From assembly GCF_006345805.1 (NCBI RefSeq), contig NC_043006.1, positions 38,812,001-38,876,000 on the forward strand: 64,000 bases of DNA. The letters are read 5' to 3'. The notes beneath the pieces were generated by a model that saw nothing but the letters and a program-made list of their open reading frames with translations, had not been told where the DNA came from and ran no database searches. The position numbers and the translations under genes were made by a program. Shown in pieces: positions 39,463 through 53,815 of the stretch. How positions within the stretch are numbered: position 1 is the stretch's first letter; every line of letters begins with the position of its first letter. Source of the stretch: Octopus sinensis. Taxonomy: Eukaryota.

Positions 39463-39900
39463 CTCACACATGCACATATATGCTCATAAACACAAAGATA
39501 TGTACATGTGTATGTATATACACATACATATATGTACATATATATAAATATACATACACACTTACACACACAAATACACATGTACATATAAATACATATA
39601 TATATATTATATATAGAGACACACATAGATATATACATAGAAAAACAGACACACAGACACACACATATATACACACACACACCCACACATATATATACAC
39701 AGGCACACATAGATATATACATAGACATACATACACACACATATATATATACATACATACTCACACATGCACATATATGTTCCCAAACACTAAGGGATGT
39801 ACACATGTATATATATATATATATAAATACACATACATATATTTATTCAGACACACACATACATACACACACACACATATGCTGTATGTGTAATAAACAT
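39220..39900. repeat. AC/AT compound microsatellite
   Basis: Direct inspection. Confidence 0.9.
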
Positions 39901-40419
39901 ACGAAAAAGAAAAAAAGATAAAAGCAGAAGGGACATTGTTAAAACTTGGTTCTCCTCTGTTGTGTTTTTTTGCTTTTGTTTTTTTTTGTTTTTTACATTT
40001 ACATATATTTTTAATGTGTGTCTCTGTGTGTGTGTGTGTGTGTGTGTGTGAGTGGTAGCATTTCTATGGTGCCCTTCCTGTCACTGATCTTCACCTGTTT
40101 CCAAGGAAGGTAATATTTTCTTATGGCTAGACATGTTGTCCATGGAGAATTTGGAAATAAACAGCATCAGTTGTATGACAAGGATGCTCATTCACAACCA
40201 CCACATGATGTCAAGATAAAAACATACACACACAGACACACACACACACACACACGCATGTACACACAAATAGCTTCTTTCAGTTTCGGTCTACCAAAAC
40301 ACTCACAAGCACTCAAAGCTTCTTTTTAAGACCTTCCTAAAGTGACCACACAATAGGATTTCTGTCAGTCAATAATGAATGATCAGTCATTTCGTTGTTT
40401 ATCTTTGCTTTCTTTTTCT

Positions 40420-40840
40420 ATCCTTTATTTGTTTCAGTCATTCGACTGAGGCCATGCTGGAATATCACATTCAACAAGTTTTTTGTCAAATAAATCGATC
40501 CCAGTAAATTTTTAAGCTTGTTACTTATTTCATCAGTCTCTTTAGCCAACCCGCTAAGTTACAAGGATTTAAACACACCAAAACCGATTGTGAAGCAGAG
40601 GGGAGTGGGAGAACAGATACAGGCACAAAGTCACACACACAAACACACACATGCATGCACAGACACACACATATGCGAGGCAGGCTTCTTTCAGTTTCCA
40701 CCTACCAAATCCATTTGCAAGACTTTGATCGGCCCAAAGCTAGAGTAGAAGATTTTTGCCCAAGATGCCAAACACCAGTACTGAACTCAGAACCATGTGG
40801 TTGGGAAGCAAACTTCTTACCATACAGTCACACGTGTGTA
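40420..40840 (-). mobile_element. SINE family A
   Basis: Reverse-complement full structure. Confidence 0.75.
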
Positions 40841-41016
40841 TTTGACTAATTTTGTTTAAGTTACCTGCTCCTAAATTAACATGTAAGAGGCCAAGCTTTC
40901 AACAAGTATGTCTACCCATAAGGTAATCCTCAAGCAGAATCAGCTTGACATGCAATGCTAGAAAGCTGTACAATTTGAAATAAAGATATTATCTATCCAG
41001 TGGGCTTCAGTACAGT

Positions 41017-41590
41017 TTCTTTTTAGCAGAACTCAAAGCAACTCAGAGAAGCTACACAAAGAAAATCGTCTCAATGCAAAATGTCAGCTACTGGGAAAGA
41101 CTGAAGGTATTAAACCTCTTCTCCCTGGAGCGGAGGCGGGAGAGATATGCAGTGATATACATCTGGAAAATCCTGGAGGGTCTTGTCCCAAACTTTGGCA
41201 TTCAAAGTTACTCCCACCGCAGAACGGGGCGCCGCTGCGTGGTGCCAAGGATTCCAACATCACCATCAAAATACAGGTCCAGATACTGCAACAGCTTGGG
41301 TTTCAGAGGACCACAGCTCTTTAACATCCTCCCTAAATGCCTGAGAGACTTACATGGTGTGGATGTGGGTTTTTTTAAAACTAAACTGGATCTCTTCTTG
41401 TTGGGAGTCCCAGATGAACCTACCTCACGACAGGAGACACGGATACGGGCAGCAGCATCGAACTCCCTTGTTGATCAAGTGCCACGTATCAGAGGTGGAT
41501 TCACAAACTAGTGTGGCTCATTCAGCGGTGGTGCCCCAGCATGGCCGCGGCCTTCGGACTAAAACATTTTTAAGGATTTAAGGATATATG
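41017..41590 (+). mobile_element. CR1-group LINE, 5'-truncated, with an open ORF2 C-terminus
   Basis: QRSYTKKI..SYWERLKVLNLFSLERRRERYAVIYIWKILEG...GPQLFNILP...FKTKLDLFL, stop at 41511, short 3' UTR. Confidence 0.9.
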
Positions 41591-41744
41591 TATATATCTC
41601 GTCTTCTATGAGTTATACGTTCTTGTCCATGTTGTATTTTTCTACATACCTTAATATATATATAATATGTATATATCTATATATATATATATATATAATA
41701 TATATATATATGTATATATCTATATATATATATATATATATATA

Positions 41745-41813
<69 letters not shown>

Positions 41814-41902
41814 CTATATTATATATATATGTATATATCTATATATATATATATATATTATATGTATATATCTATATATATATATATATATATGTATATA
41901 TC

Positions 41903-41972
<70 letters not shown>
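41590..41972. repeat. (AT)n microsatellite
   Basis: Direct inspection. Confidence 0.95.
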
Positions 41973-41981
<9 letters not shown>

Positions 41982-42270
41982 TCGGACAAGAATGCAAAAC
42001 ATCCAGACAGCTAGGTGATACAAAAAGGGACAACAAAACATCCAAATAGACAATGCAAAGAAACAAGGACGGGTCATTCGAAGTTTTCTTTCCTCAGTCA
42101 AGCACCAGATTATCCTCACAATTTTGGCTGATTTCTTGCTTGACTGAGGAAAGAAACCTTCAAATGACCCGTCCTTGTTTTCTTTGTACCATCTATCTGG
42201 ATGTTTTGTTGTCCCTTTTTGTATCACATAGCTGTTGGGATGTTTTGCGTTCTTGTCCCATTATGTATTT
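41971..42270. repeat. Imperfect long palindrome, ~133-bp arms and ~34-bp spacer
   Basis: GGACGGGTCATTCGAAGTTTTCTTTCCTCAGTCAAGC versus GCTTGACTGAGGAAAGAAACCTTCAAATGACCCGTCC; solo related copy at 49430-49650. Confidence 0.9.
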
Positions 42271-42829
42271 TCTGTGTGTGTGTGTATATATATGTATAGA
42301 TTCAGATGAATATGGTACTTTAGGTGAGGCACCAGAATTTTGCAGGTATTATCCATACAATTTTAAAATAAGATTATTAAAACCAAAATTAAATCAAAAT
42401 AAGCAACAAGGATATCCTGAGGTAATGCAGTATGATCGTTTCAAGTGACTCCATTTAATTGAACAATGTGACCATTACAACAATTTAAATGCAGAGCAAT
42501 CCTCAGCTGGATAAATACATAGAATTAGATTAAATTAAAACAGTTGGACACTTTAGTATAATTTTACCTAAAACCTCCAAGAAGGTAAGGAAATAGACAA
42601 AAAACATGCTGTTTTCACTTCAGCTTAGAAGCTACTAAAGCGTCAGGTAAAAAAAAACCTTGTTAGCAATCTAAATAAAACACTATCTGTTTCAACACGT
42701 GGTTTCGCATCAGAAATCTTGCAAAACGAATATATATATATAATATATATATCATCATCATCATTTAACATCTCTTTTCCCAGCTGGCATGAGTTGGACA
42801 GTTTGACAAGAGCTGACCAGCTGAAGGAC

Positions 42830-43235
42830 TATTTACTCTTTTACTTGTTTCGGTCATTTGACTGTGGCCATGCTGGAGCACCACCTTTAGTTGAACAAAT
42901 CGACCCCAGGACTTATTCTTTGTAAGCCTAGTACTTATTCTATTGGTTTCTTTTGCCGAACCAGTAAGTTTCGGGAACATAAACACACCACCATCGGTTG
43001 TCAAACGATGTTGGGGGGACAAACACAGGCACACAAACACATACACACACACGCACACACACACATATATATATACATATATACGACGGGCTTCTTTCCG
43101 TTTCCGTCTACCAAATCGACTCACTAGGCTTTGGTCAGCCCGAGGCTATAGTAGAAGACACTCACCCAAGGTGCCACACAGTGGGACTGAACCCGGAACC
43201 ATGTGGTTGGTAAGCAAGCTATTTATCACACAGCC
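42830..43235 (-). mobile_element. SINE family A (young-looking)
   Basis: Near-consensus copy with CpGs retained. Confidence 0.85.
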
Positions 43236-44109
43236 TCTCCATTCAGGTTCCGTGTTTATTTCAACATTGTTTCTATGGCTGGATGCCTTTCCTAATGCCA
43301 ATCACTTTACTGAGTGTACTAGGTGCTTTTTACACAGCACTGGCACCAGTGGTCTTTAAGTATATTAGTGCAGATAAGGGCAGCTGCATCAGACTCTCTC
43401 ATGCACAAAATGTCAATTCCTAAAAAGCATTCGTGAAGCAAAATTATGTAGCAACACGAAATGGCGGTGCCCCAGCATGGCCACAGCTCGTGAGCTGAAA
43501 CTAGATGAAATAAAAAATGCAAATACATATGTATAGTTTGTGTGTCCCTGTGTGTGTGTGAGCTTGTGTATCTATGTGTGTAGCATTGTTTCGACATTAT
43601 GTGATGGTCGCAAGCAACCACTAGCATTTTCCAAGCAATGCTTTTCATTTCCAAATTTCCATGAAAAATATTTCTGGCTAAAGGGAAATAGTACCTTGCT
43701 TGGAAACAGGTAAGAATAAGCAACAGAAAGAGCATCCAGTTACATCTGCCTCACCAAATTCTGTCGGACCCATGAAAGCATGAAATAGTGGACTGCAAAT
43801 TGATGATGATATATTCTCATTGAATATAGAGATGAGTCCTAACCTTTCCATGTGGCAAGTTTGATGATTACGGAGTGATTTCTCTTTACATGAAACTATT
43901 GTAGAGTGACCAATATAAAAATTTTGTAGTGAGAACCATATTAAAAATGAAAGATGAATAACAAAATGGTTTTGCATAGTAAGAGGGTTAAGTGGTATCA
44001 GAGAGGAGCTATTGATGATGTATACAGTTCTGCACATATTTAATTGTATGAGCAGAATACTGCAGTTAGAGACATGATGGGTGGTGGGACTATCTTGATG
44101 AGGGAACTG

Positions 44110-44220
44110 TCTTTCACAGACTTTGCTATAAGGGCCAGGTTATCAGTATATTGAAATTCCCATGTACTACCAATCTTAAACTGGCCTTAAACTCCTCTGT
44201 TAAAGCTTGGCGAATAGTCA
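44110..44220 (-). pseudogene. Decayed RTE reverse transcriptase fragment (YADD region)
   Basis: ALTEEFK...WEFQYTDNLALIAKS across frame disruptions. Confidence 0.6.
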
Positions 44221-45189
44221 GAAACTAGCTAAAATTGGAGCCTTGATTATTCCTTAAGTGTACATTAAATTCCTTACTGAAATCTTTTTTTGTTCCTTTC
44301 CTACTGTGGTTGTTTCTATGGTTGCGTCTCTCCAAAACATCTTCTTTGACCCTAGGCAGTTAAGGATTATATTGACACACCCTTCATTCAGTACAACATT
44401 GGAGATAATGTACCTAGTTTAAACCTCTACATTGCCAGCTATTTTAGTATCTCGGTGACTATATCTGATAGACTGACAGGATATCCCATCTTAATATCTC
44501 TAATGATTACTTTGACTATATAAACTGTCTGCTTCAGTATACATACTTGACACATACATATATACATACATATATTTAAACATGTATGTATGTATATATA
44601 TAATATATATACATACATATAATGCGCATATAGATAACATATACATGCATATATCAATATATACACAGGTACACACACAAACACACACACATATATATAT
44701 GTATATATATATATGTATATATATATATATGTGTGTGTGTATATGTATATATATCAACATTTATATATTTCAATAAATGTGTGTGTGTGTGTTTGCGGGT
44801 CTGACCTCCTCTGATGCACACATTACTACGTACAGTTGTAAGAATTCAAGAGTGAGAAAGAGGAAAGGTGAGAGAAGAAAGGAAAAACAGAGACTGTGAA
44901 GAGAAAATATATACAAACACAGACAGTGGTAAAGACCAAAAAAAAAAAGAAAAGAAAGAAAAACAAAAGAAAAACGTGTGAAAAAGAAAGAAAAAAAATC
45001 AGTAGATGAAAACCAGTCCAAAATAAATATCTTGTTACTTCAATAGTACAAGATTTGATGGTACATGAAAGGATCTTAATTGCTCCTCTTAGTTTTAAAT
45101 ATACTAAAATATATAGTCTGTTTTTCACTGTCTGTCTGTCTGTCTGTTTGAGAGCCTGTCTGTTTGTGTTTCACCTTCACTTTATGAAA

Positions 45190-45306
45190 ATATATATATG
45201 AAGTTGTATATATATATATGTGTATGTGTGTGTATGTATGTGTGCTTATGGGTATGTGGATTTATATATGTATTTGTATATGCATGTATATATATGTATG
45301 TATATG

Positions 45307-45337
<31 letters not shown>

Positions 45338-45650
45338 ATAATAGAGAGAGAGAGAGAGAGAGACAGATACTTTTAACTATGTATGAGTATGTGTGTACAT
45401 AGATATGTGTGTCGTGTGTGTGCGTGTATATATGCATGCATGTGTAAGGATATATATGTTCTCTTTGTATATATATATATTTATGTATATTCATGCATAT
45501 TCGTACTGTATGTGTATATCTATATATACATTCCCCATATATATATCTTTATAGTATGTATATATGTGTGAATGTGTATGTGTATATATATATATGTATA
45601 TATATATTTACATATATACATACATATATATATATATATAATATACACAC

Positions 45651-45704
<54 letters not shown>

Positions 45705-45950
45705 TATATATATTTACGTTTATATATATATATATATATTCATACATATATACACACACACACACACACACAACACACCCATATATATATATATATACAT
45801 ATAAATACATGCATATATATATACATATAAATACATATATATATATATATATATACATATGTAATATATATATATATTTAAATGTGTACATATATATATA
45901 TTTATATACATATATAATGTATGTATGTATGTGTGTCTGTGTTTATTTGT
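45190..45950. repeat. AT/GT/AG compound microsatellite
   Basis: Direct inspection. Confidence 0.9.
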
Positions 45951-46159
45951 TTGTGTAGGTGTCTGGGCGGGCATAAAAACAAGCATGTCTACGAGTAATG
46001 AGTAATAATTATAGCAAGAGTGACATCAACAGTAACAACAACAACAACAACAACTATGTAAATAGGAAATGCATGAAAATATGAACTGTGTTGACTTGGT
46101 TTTGAAGACTGTCAACATTCTTATGTGAACAACAAATTGTGAAGTCTGTTGCCTTCATC

Positions 46160-46200
<41 letters not shown>

Positions 46201-46624
46201 TGGCGGTGCCCCAGCATGGCCACAGCTCATTAGCTGAAACTGGAAAATAAAGAAAAAAAATAAAAAAAGAATAATAATAATAATAGTAATACCTGCAGTA
46301 TGGAGATGTATTATTTACATTAGAAATACAAGATTTTTTTTATTCTTTGGCATCATCATCATTATCTTGTTCATCATTTAATGTCCAGTTTGCTATGCTT
46401 GCACTGGCCAGATAGAATTTGTTGAAGTTGAGGCAAATTTTCTATGGTCAGTTGCCATTTTTGTGAGCAATTTTTACCTTTTTCCTAGCAAGGTAATATT
46501 CGCACCACTTGGCCATGAGATATGCTTTTCATGGAGGACTGGAAGGGAACAACCTCACTAATATCACAAAAATGCTCATTTACAACAATCAGATATATAC
46601 ACATACATACATACATACATACAT

Positions 46625-46655
<31 letters not shown>

Positions 46656-46694
46656 TACATACGTACATGTATGTATGTATTTGTGTGTGTGTGT

Positions 46695-46728
<34 letters not shown>

Positions 46729-47498
46729 GTGTGTATATATAGGTATGTATATATATGTATGTGTGTGTGTGTTACATATAAGAGGGGTGACAACTAAGTG
46801 GACATCTATTATGCTAGAAGTCAACCCCCTATGGTCATACCACTAAGAAATGATTGTTCTCAAGTAAATTTAGCAAATGCCACATTAGCAAATGTTCCAC
46901 TGGCACAGGTGCCAATCAGGCAGTACTGTCATCAGCCATGTCATCGATTTTGATTTCACTTCCCTCAACAGTTCTTCACAAGCAAAGTTTATTGTCCAAT
47001 GAATGAAGGGTACTCATAAGTGGATTGGTTATACACCACTGGCGTAGGCAGACATATATATATGAGGCGATATCAAAGGTTCCTGGACCAGTTTTGTTTA
47101 ATAAGAAATAACTTATTTACCTAAGTTTTAACATCATCCCCTTCAAAATAGTCACCTTGCACAGCAGTACTCTGGTCTCAGGATTCCTGCCATTGTTGAA
47201 ATCTAATCTGGAAGTCATTTACCGTTAGCGAGTTGAGGAGCTTCTGCGATTCGCTCTGGATTTTGACAATAATGTTAAAATGGCGACCTTTCAGCTATAT
47301 CTTCCTCTTGGAGAAGAGATGGAAGTCAGCAGGTGCTGATTCTGGTGAATAGAGCAAGTGTGAACGTGATGCTATGTTGTTTTTGGTGAGAAATTCACAA
47401 GTGAGGAAAGCTTGGTGCCAGGGTGCATTGTCTTCGTGAAGAATCCATTTCTTTGCATTCCACAAATTTGGTAACTTTTACTGAATCTCTCTCAAATG

Positions 47499-47650
47499 TA
47501 CTTTATTTACATTAGACGGATATTTTACCTCATCTTGTTTGTTGTTAACACAATATTTCAGCTGATATACCCTCCAGCCTTCATCAGGTGTCTTAGGGAA
47601 ATTTCAAACCTGGGTTCTCATTCCTAAGGTATTTTTCGATATTATTATTA

Positions 47651-47705
<55 letters not shown>

Positions 47706-47965
47706 AGTCACTGCTTGGAATCGAACTTGGAGTTGATTCCAGGCAGTGACCTGAATAATAATAATAATGATAATAATAATAATAATAATAACATGGAAAA
47801 ATACCTTAGGAATGAGAACCTAGGTTCAAAATTTCCCCAAGACACCTGATGAAGGCTGGAGGTTATATCACTAAAAACATTGTGTTGACAACAAACAAGA
47901 GGAGTACAAATATCAATCAAATGTAAATAATGTACATAATTCCTCATCTCTTAAATATAGAACTG
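47499..47965. mobile_element. Palindromic head-to-head hammerhead-bearing retroelement with 11-bp TSD
   Basis: Inverted arms of about 230 bp; TCTCTCAAATG at 47488-47498 and 47966-47976; homologous to 62123-62660. Confidence 0.85.
47547..47592 (-). ncRNA. Minimal type I hammerhead ribozyme motif (core intact)
   Basis: Minus strand: GACAC-CTGATGA-A-GGCTG(GAGGGTATAT)CAGCT-GAAA-TA-TT-GTGTT; 5-bp stem I, palindromic ATAT stem III. Confidence 0.65.
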
Positions 47966-48439
47966 TCTCTCAAATGCTTCAAATCATCACAGTAGAACTC
48001 TTGCTTGATAGTCTGGCCCTTGGGGATGATGTCCCGCTGCCTGTTTCTGGAGGTAACATTCATGGCAGGTCTTCTAGATCCCTCATCATCCCCCAGGGAC
48101 GTTCTTCCACTTTTGAAGCATTTGTGCCACTCAAAACATTGCCTCATTGTCATAAGCTTGCTGAAGAATACTCAATGTCTCAGTAGCAGAATTCCCAAGT
48201 TTGATGCAAAATTTCAAATTAGATTTTTGTTCTAACTTCCTGTCCATGACAAAATCACAGACTCCAGCATACACTTGATCACAAAGACACAAATTTCACA
48301 ACTTGCGAAGTAAACACAGCAATGTCACTCAAAATACTGTCTCATGAAGATTACTGCTAGCTCTCATTGTTCATGCAGCAGTGTGCTGCCACCTGTTGGA
48401 ATGCTACAGAACTAGTCTGGGATCTTTTTGATACCATAC

Positions 48440-48714
48440 GTATGTGTGTGTGTATATATATATGTATGTATATATATATGGATGGATGGATGGAGGGAGG
48501 GAGGGATAGATAGATAGATGGATGGATAGACAGATGGAGGGAGGGATAGATAGATAGATAGATAGATAGATAGAGGAAGAGATAGATAGAAAGAGAGAAA
48601 GAGGGAGAGAGAAATTTTGGGAGATAAAGGGGAGAGAGAGAAGGAGAAAGAGGGAGAGAGAGAGTGATAGAGACAGACAGTCATATATACAAACAGACAG
48701 ACAGACAGACAGAC

Positions 48715-48805
<91 letters not shown>

Positions 48806-48840
48806 GACACAGATAGATAGATATAGATTTATATACATAC
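48440..48840. repeat. (GATA)n/(GGA)/(GA) microsatellite
   Basis: Direct inspection. Confidence 0.9.
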
Positions 48841-50049
48841 TTTTAATGTTTAACTGATTCCAGTCATTGAACTGTGGCCATGGGGAGGGACAACCTTGAA
48901 AAATTTAGTCAAACAAACCAACCCCACCACTTTTTTTCTTTGAATTCTATAATTAGTCACCATGCCTGATATGAATAGACAATTTTGAACCAGACTGGCA
49001 TATTCTGCAGCAGCCTAGCATATATTTAAGTGACTTTGGGATGACAGAAAGCAAAGATGAATTTGACAGACAGTGAGATTTGTTCCAAGAATTTTACAAA
49101 TCTAAACTCTGCAAACCATTAAATCTGGAACCGTTTCTGGCACTGCCCATTGGTATAGGTATACAATATCAAATAAAATGCTATTAGAATTATAATTTTA
49201 ATTATTATTCAAATATATTTATTAAGATAATTCAATGAAATGATGATAAAATATGTCTCAGTTATGAATATATTGTGAAATATGAATAACATATACACAC
49301 AGACATGCATACATACATACATACATACATACATACATACATACATAGTTGAAAGACTCCTGTTGTTATTGTTTTGTTATTTGTATTTGTGTACCATTTC
49401 TCTGGGTTTTTTTCTCTGTCTTTGTTTTCATATACATTCCCCGCTTTCTTCCAAGGAATCTAGTGCGCTTAGCTTAGTTTTTCCTTGGAGCTGGCCAGAT
49501 TGGAGCAATCTCGAGTATAACTATCCAAAATGGCAAAGATAATCTGGAACTCGAGTGAGGAAAGAAAAGTCTGAATGACCCGTCCTTATTTTCTTTGTAT
49601 CATCTGTCTGTATGTTTTACGTTCTTGTCTCATTTCTGTATTTTTTATATATAAAAATATAGCAGCATACATACACTTTGGTCTATATATATATATATAT
49701 ATGTAACAAAAGATTAGGGTTCAAGTGAGCCAGGCATTTAAATGGTAAGGCACCAGGTCAGGTCAAAATTAAAATACACACACAAAGATATACGAATACT
49801 TACATAGGTACTGAAGTACAGACTGAAAGATATTCTGGTTGTTCTATGACCAACAAAGTGCATAGAATCATGAAGGTGCATATGCTGCAGATTTTTTTCT
49901 ATGTTTCTAACTGTTGTGGTTCATGTATTTACCTGACGGAAATGGGTTTTTTCTAATGATGCAATGTCTCCATCAATCAATCAAAAATTTGTTGGAAACA
50001 GCTGTAGTGAATTGACACATTATCCATCGGTCGTTATTGACATATATAC

Positions 50050-50450
50050 ATGACTCTACTCCCTGGAGTAAAGACAGGAGAGGTACACTGTGATATATGT
50101 GTGGAAGATACTGGAGGGGCTGGCACCAAATTTTGGAATTGAGAGTTATACCAGACCTCGAATTGGACATTACTGCACTGTTCCAAAAGTCCCAGCTGTC
50201 TCATCTAAGGTGATGACTATGTAATGCAATAACTTAGGATCCAAGGGCCTACAGCTATTTAATCATTGTCAAAATATTTGAGGGATCTCCATCGAGTGGG
50301 GGTAGATGTTTTCAAGAAACAACTTGACCTCTTGCTATCCACGATCCACAATCCCAAATGAACCAACATCGAGAACTATGTAATGCAATAACACTGGTGG
50401 TGCCCCAGCATGGCCACAGCCTCTAGGCTGAAACATATAAAAAAATTAAG
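50050..50450 (+). pseudogene. Decayed CR1-group LINE 3' end
   Basis: LYSLE*RQERYTVIYVWKILEGLAPNFGIESY; same tail GGTGGTGCCCCAGCATGGCCAC as 41017-41590. Confidence 0.85.
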
Positions 50451-50599
50451 GAATTCCCCCTCCCCACTCAAGCTGCATAGCAGTCTTACAAAGGAGCTGA
50501 TCAAGAGGCCAAAAGGCTGATCAAATGGCAGAGAAGTTTCCTTCACAACCAGGAAGTCCTGGGTATGACCTCATTGCATGAAATTTTATGCTAATATAA

Positions 50600-51320
<721 letters not shown>

Positions 51321-52094
51321 CTTTGATAGGTTTCGGCCATTATTGGCCCAGGCCATGTCCAACTTAATAGCACCACCTGGTATATATACATATATATATA
51401 CAATGGACTTCTTTTAGTTTCTCTCAACCAAATCCACTCACAAAGCATTGGCTGGCCCAGGGATATAGTAGAAAACACTCACCCATGGTGCTGTGCAGTA
51501 AGATTGAACCCAAAACAGCATGGTTGCTAAATGTACTAATCAACCACATTGCCTCAGCTTCACACATGCACACACAAACATCTGCATACACTTTCCTTCA
51601 TACCTTCATTTATGTGTGTGTATGTGTGTGTGTGTGTGTGTGTATGCTCTGTTGGTTAAACAAAAGCTAGGAAATCTGTTGAATAAATAAATTAATATTG
51701 ATTTTTCTTCTATTCTCTAATGGCTCGTCTCTTTTATTTATCACCATGGGAGTGTAGCGCAATTCTTATATTGAAAGTACAGAAAGGTTTGTTACATTGT
51801 AAGCCCTACACATTATCTTTAGAGTTTAAAAATATAGACATAATGTTAGTGCGTAAATGGGCAAAAAATGAGAGGTGCTGCATATGGGTTTCCATTTTGT
51901 ATTTTTTTTAGCTTAGTGAGACCTGAATGAGCGAAAGAAAGAGCTCTAATGATTTGATTAGCTCGCATTGAGGAAGAGCAGTGCTTAAAGTCTGTTAGTG
52001 TGAGGTGGCTTTGATGTAATGTTTCAAGAATGTTAGTATATTAAAAAAATTTAATTAACTTTCCTAATTTATGCTTCACTGATAATTTAATTTC

Positions 52095-52610
52095 AATATT
52101 TATATATATACACATACATACATATACTTACATATATATATATATACGCACATATATACTTGCACACATATACTTATATACATATATATATATAAATATA
52201 TATATATATATTTATATTTATACTTATATATATACACACATACATATATGTACATACATATATATATATATACATACACACACATACATATACGTACATA
52301 CATATATATATATACATACATATATATATATACATACATACATACATACATACATACATACATGTATACATACATATACTTACATATATATATATACATA
52401 CATACATACATACAAATACGTACATACATACAAATACATACATACATACTTACATATATATACATACATACTTACATATATATATATACATACATACTTA
52501 CATATATATACATATATATATATATATATTATATATATATATATATATCTATATATATATATACATACACATACATGTATATATGTATGAATGCATGTAT
52601 GCATGTATGC
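52095..52610. repeat. (AT)/(ATAC) microsatellite
   Basis: Direct inspection. Confidence 0.9.
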
Positions 52611-52769
52611 TTCCCACTTGCAATAAATATCGATTGCAAGGAGTGCACTGAATAAACCAGCTGAAGGAGATATCTTCCTGGGGTTGAATAGCAGTTTCGG
52701 CATCTCTAAAGTGGGCATTATCAATACCTCATACACACACACACACACACATATATATATACATATATA

Positions 52770-53280
52770 TATAATCTTTTACTTGTTTCAGTCATTTGAC
52801 TGCAGCCATGCTGGAACACTGACCTCAATCGAACAAATTGGCCCCAGGACTTATTCTTTGTAAGCCTAGTGCTTATTCTATCAGTCTCTGTTGCTGAACT
52901 ACTAAGTTATGGGGATGTAAACACACCAACATCGGTTGACAAGATATAGTGGCAGTACAAACACAGCCCCCCCCCCTACACACATATATATACACACAAA
53001 AGGTTTCTTTCAGTTTCCATTCACCAAATCCACTCACAAGGCTTTGGTCAGCCTGAGACTATAGTAGAAGACACTTGCTCAAGGTGCCACGCAGTGGGAC
53101 TGAACCCTGAATCATGTGATTGGGAAGCAAGCTTCTTACTACACAGCTAGTCCAATATATATGACAGGATTCTTTCAGTTTCTGTCTACCAAATCCACTG
53201 ACAAGACTTTGGTTTGTCTGAGGTAATATTTGAAGGCACTAATCCAAGGTGCTATGCAGTAGGACTGAACCCCAAATCAT
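52770..53280 (-). mobile_element. SINE family A plus an extra head copy
   Basis: Reverse-complement full copy followed by a second head. Confidence 0.8.
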
Positions 53281-53781
53281 GTTCCTTTTTACTTTAGGTA
53301 GAAGGTCCAAAATTTTAAGGGAAGGGGAAGTCAGTTATATCGATCCCCCAGTGCTTCACTGGGACTTATTTTAGAGCCTTTGAAATGATAAGAGGCAAAG
53401 TTGATTACAGCAGAATTTGAACTCAGAACCTTAAGACAGATGAAATGTTACTAAGCATTTTGTCTGGCATGCTAATGCCTCTGCCAGCTCACCTTATTGA
53501 GACACACGCACATGTATGCACACACATGCATACATACAAGCACACACCCATACACATACATACACATGTACATAGATACATATATACATACATGCATACA
53601 CATACATGCATACATACATATATACATACCTACATGCACAGACACATACATACACACAGATACATACATATATACATACATGCATACACACATACATACA
53701 TGCATACCTTATTCAATGAAATCTTGATTATATTTACATACATAAACATATGAGCATAAACATATACATATATATGTATAA

Positions 53782-53815
<34 letters not shown>

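Larger units (their letters stand above)
47061..48442 (-). mobile_element. Decayed, internally deleted mariner (DD34D) transposon, interrupted at 47499-47965
   Basis: Degenerate TIRs with TA ends; minus-strand peptides LKFCIKLGNSATETL, FEWHKCFKSGRTSLGDD, WILHEDNAPWH, YSPESAPADFHLF, GDYFEGD. Confidence 0.9.

Noticed and set aside
42138-42170. Hammerhead in the 42 kb palindrome (CTGAGGA...)
   Set aside because: The downstream box is CAAAT/CGAAT rather than GAAA and no stem I/III pairing was found.
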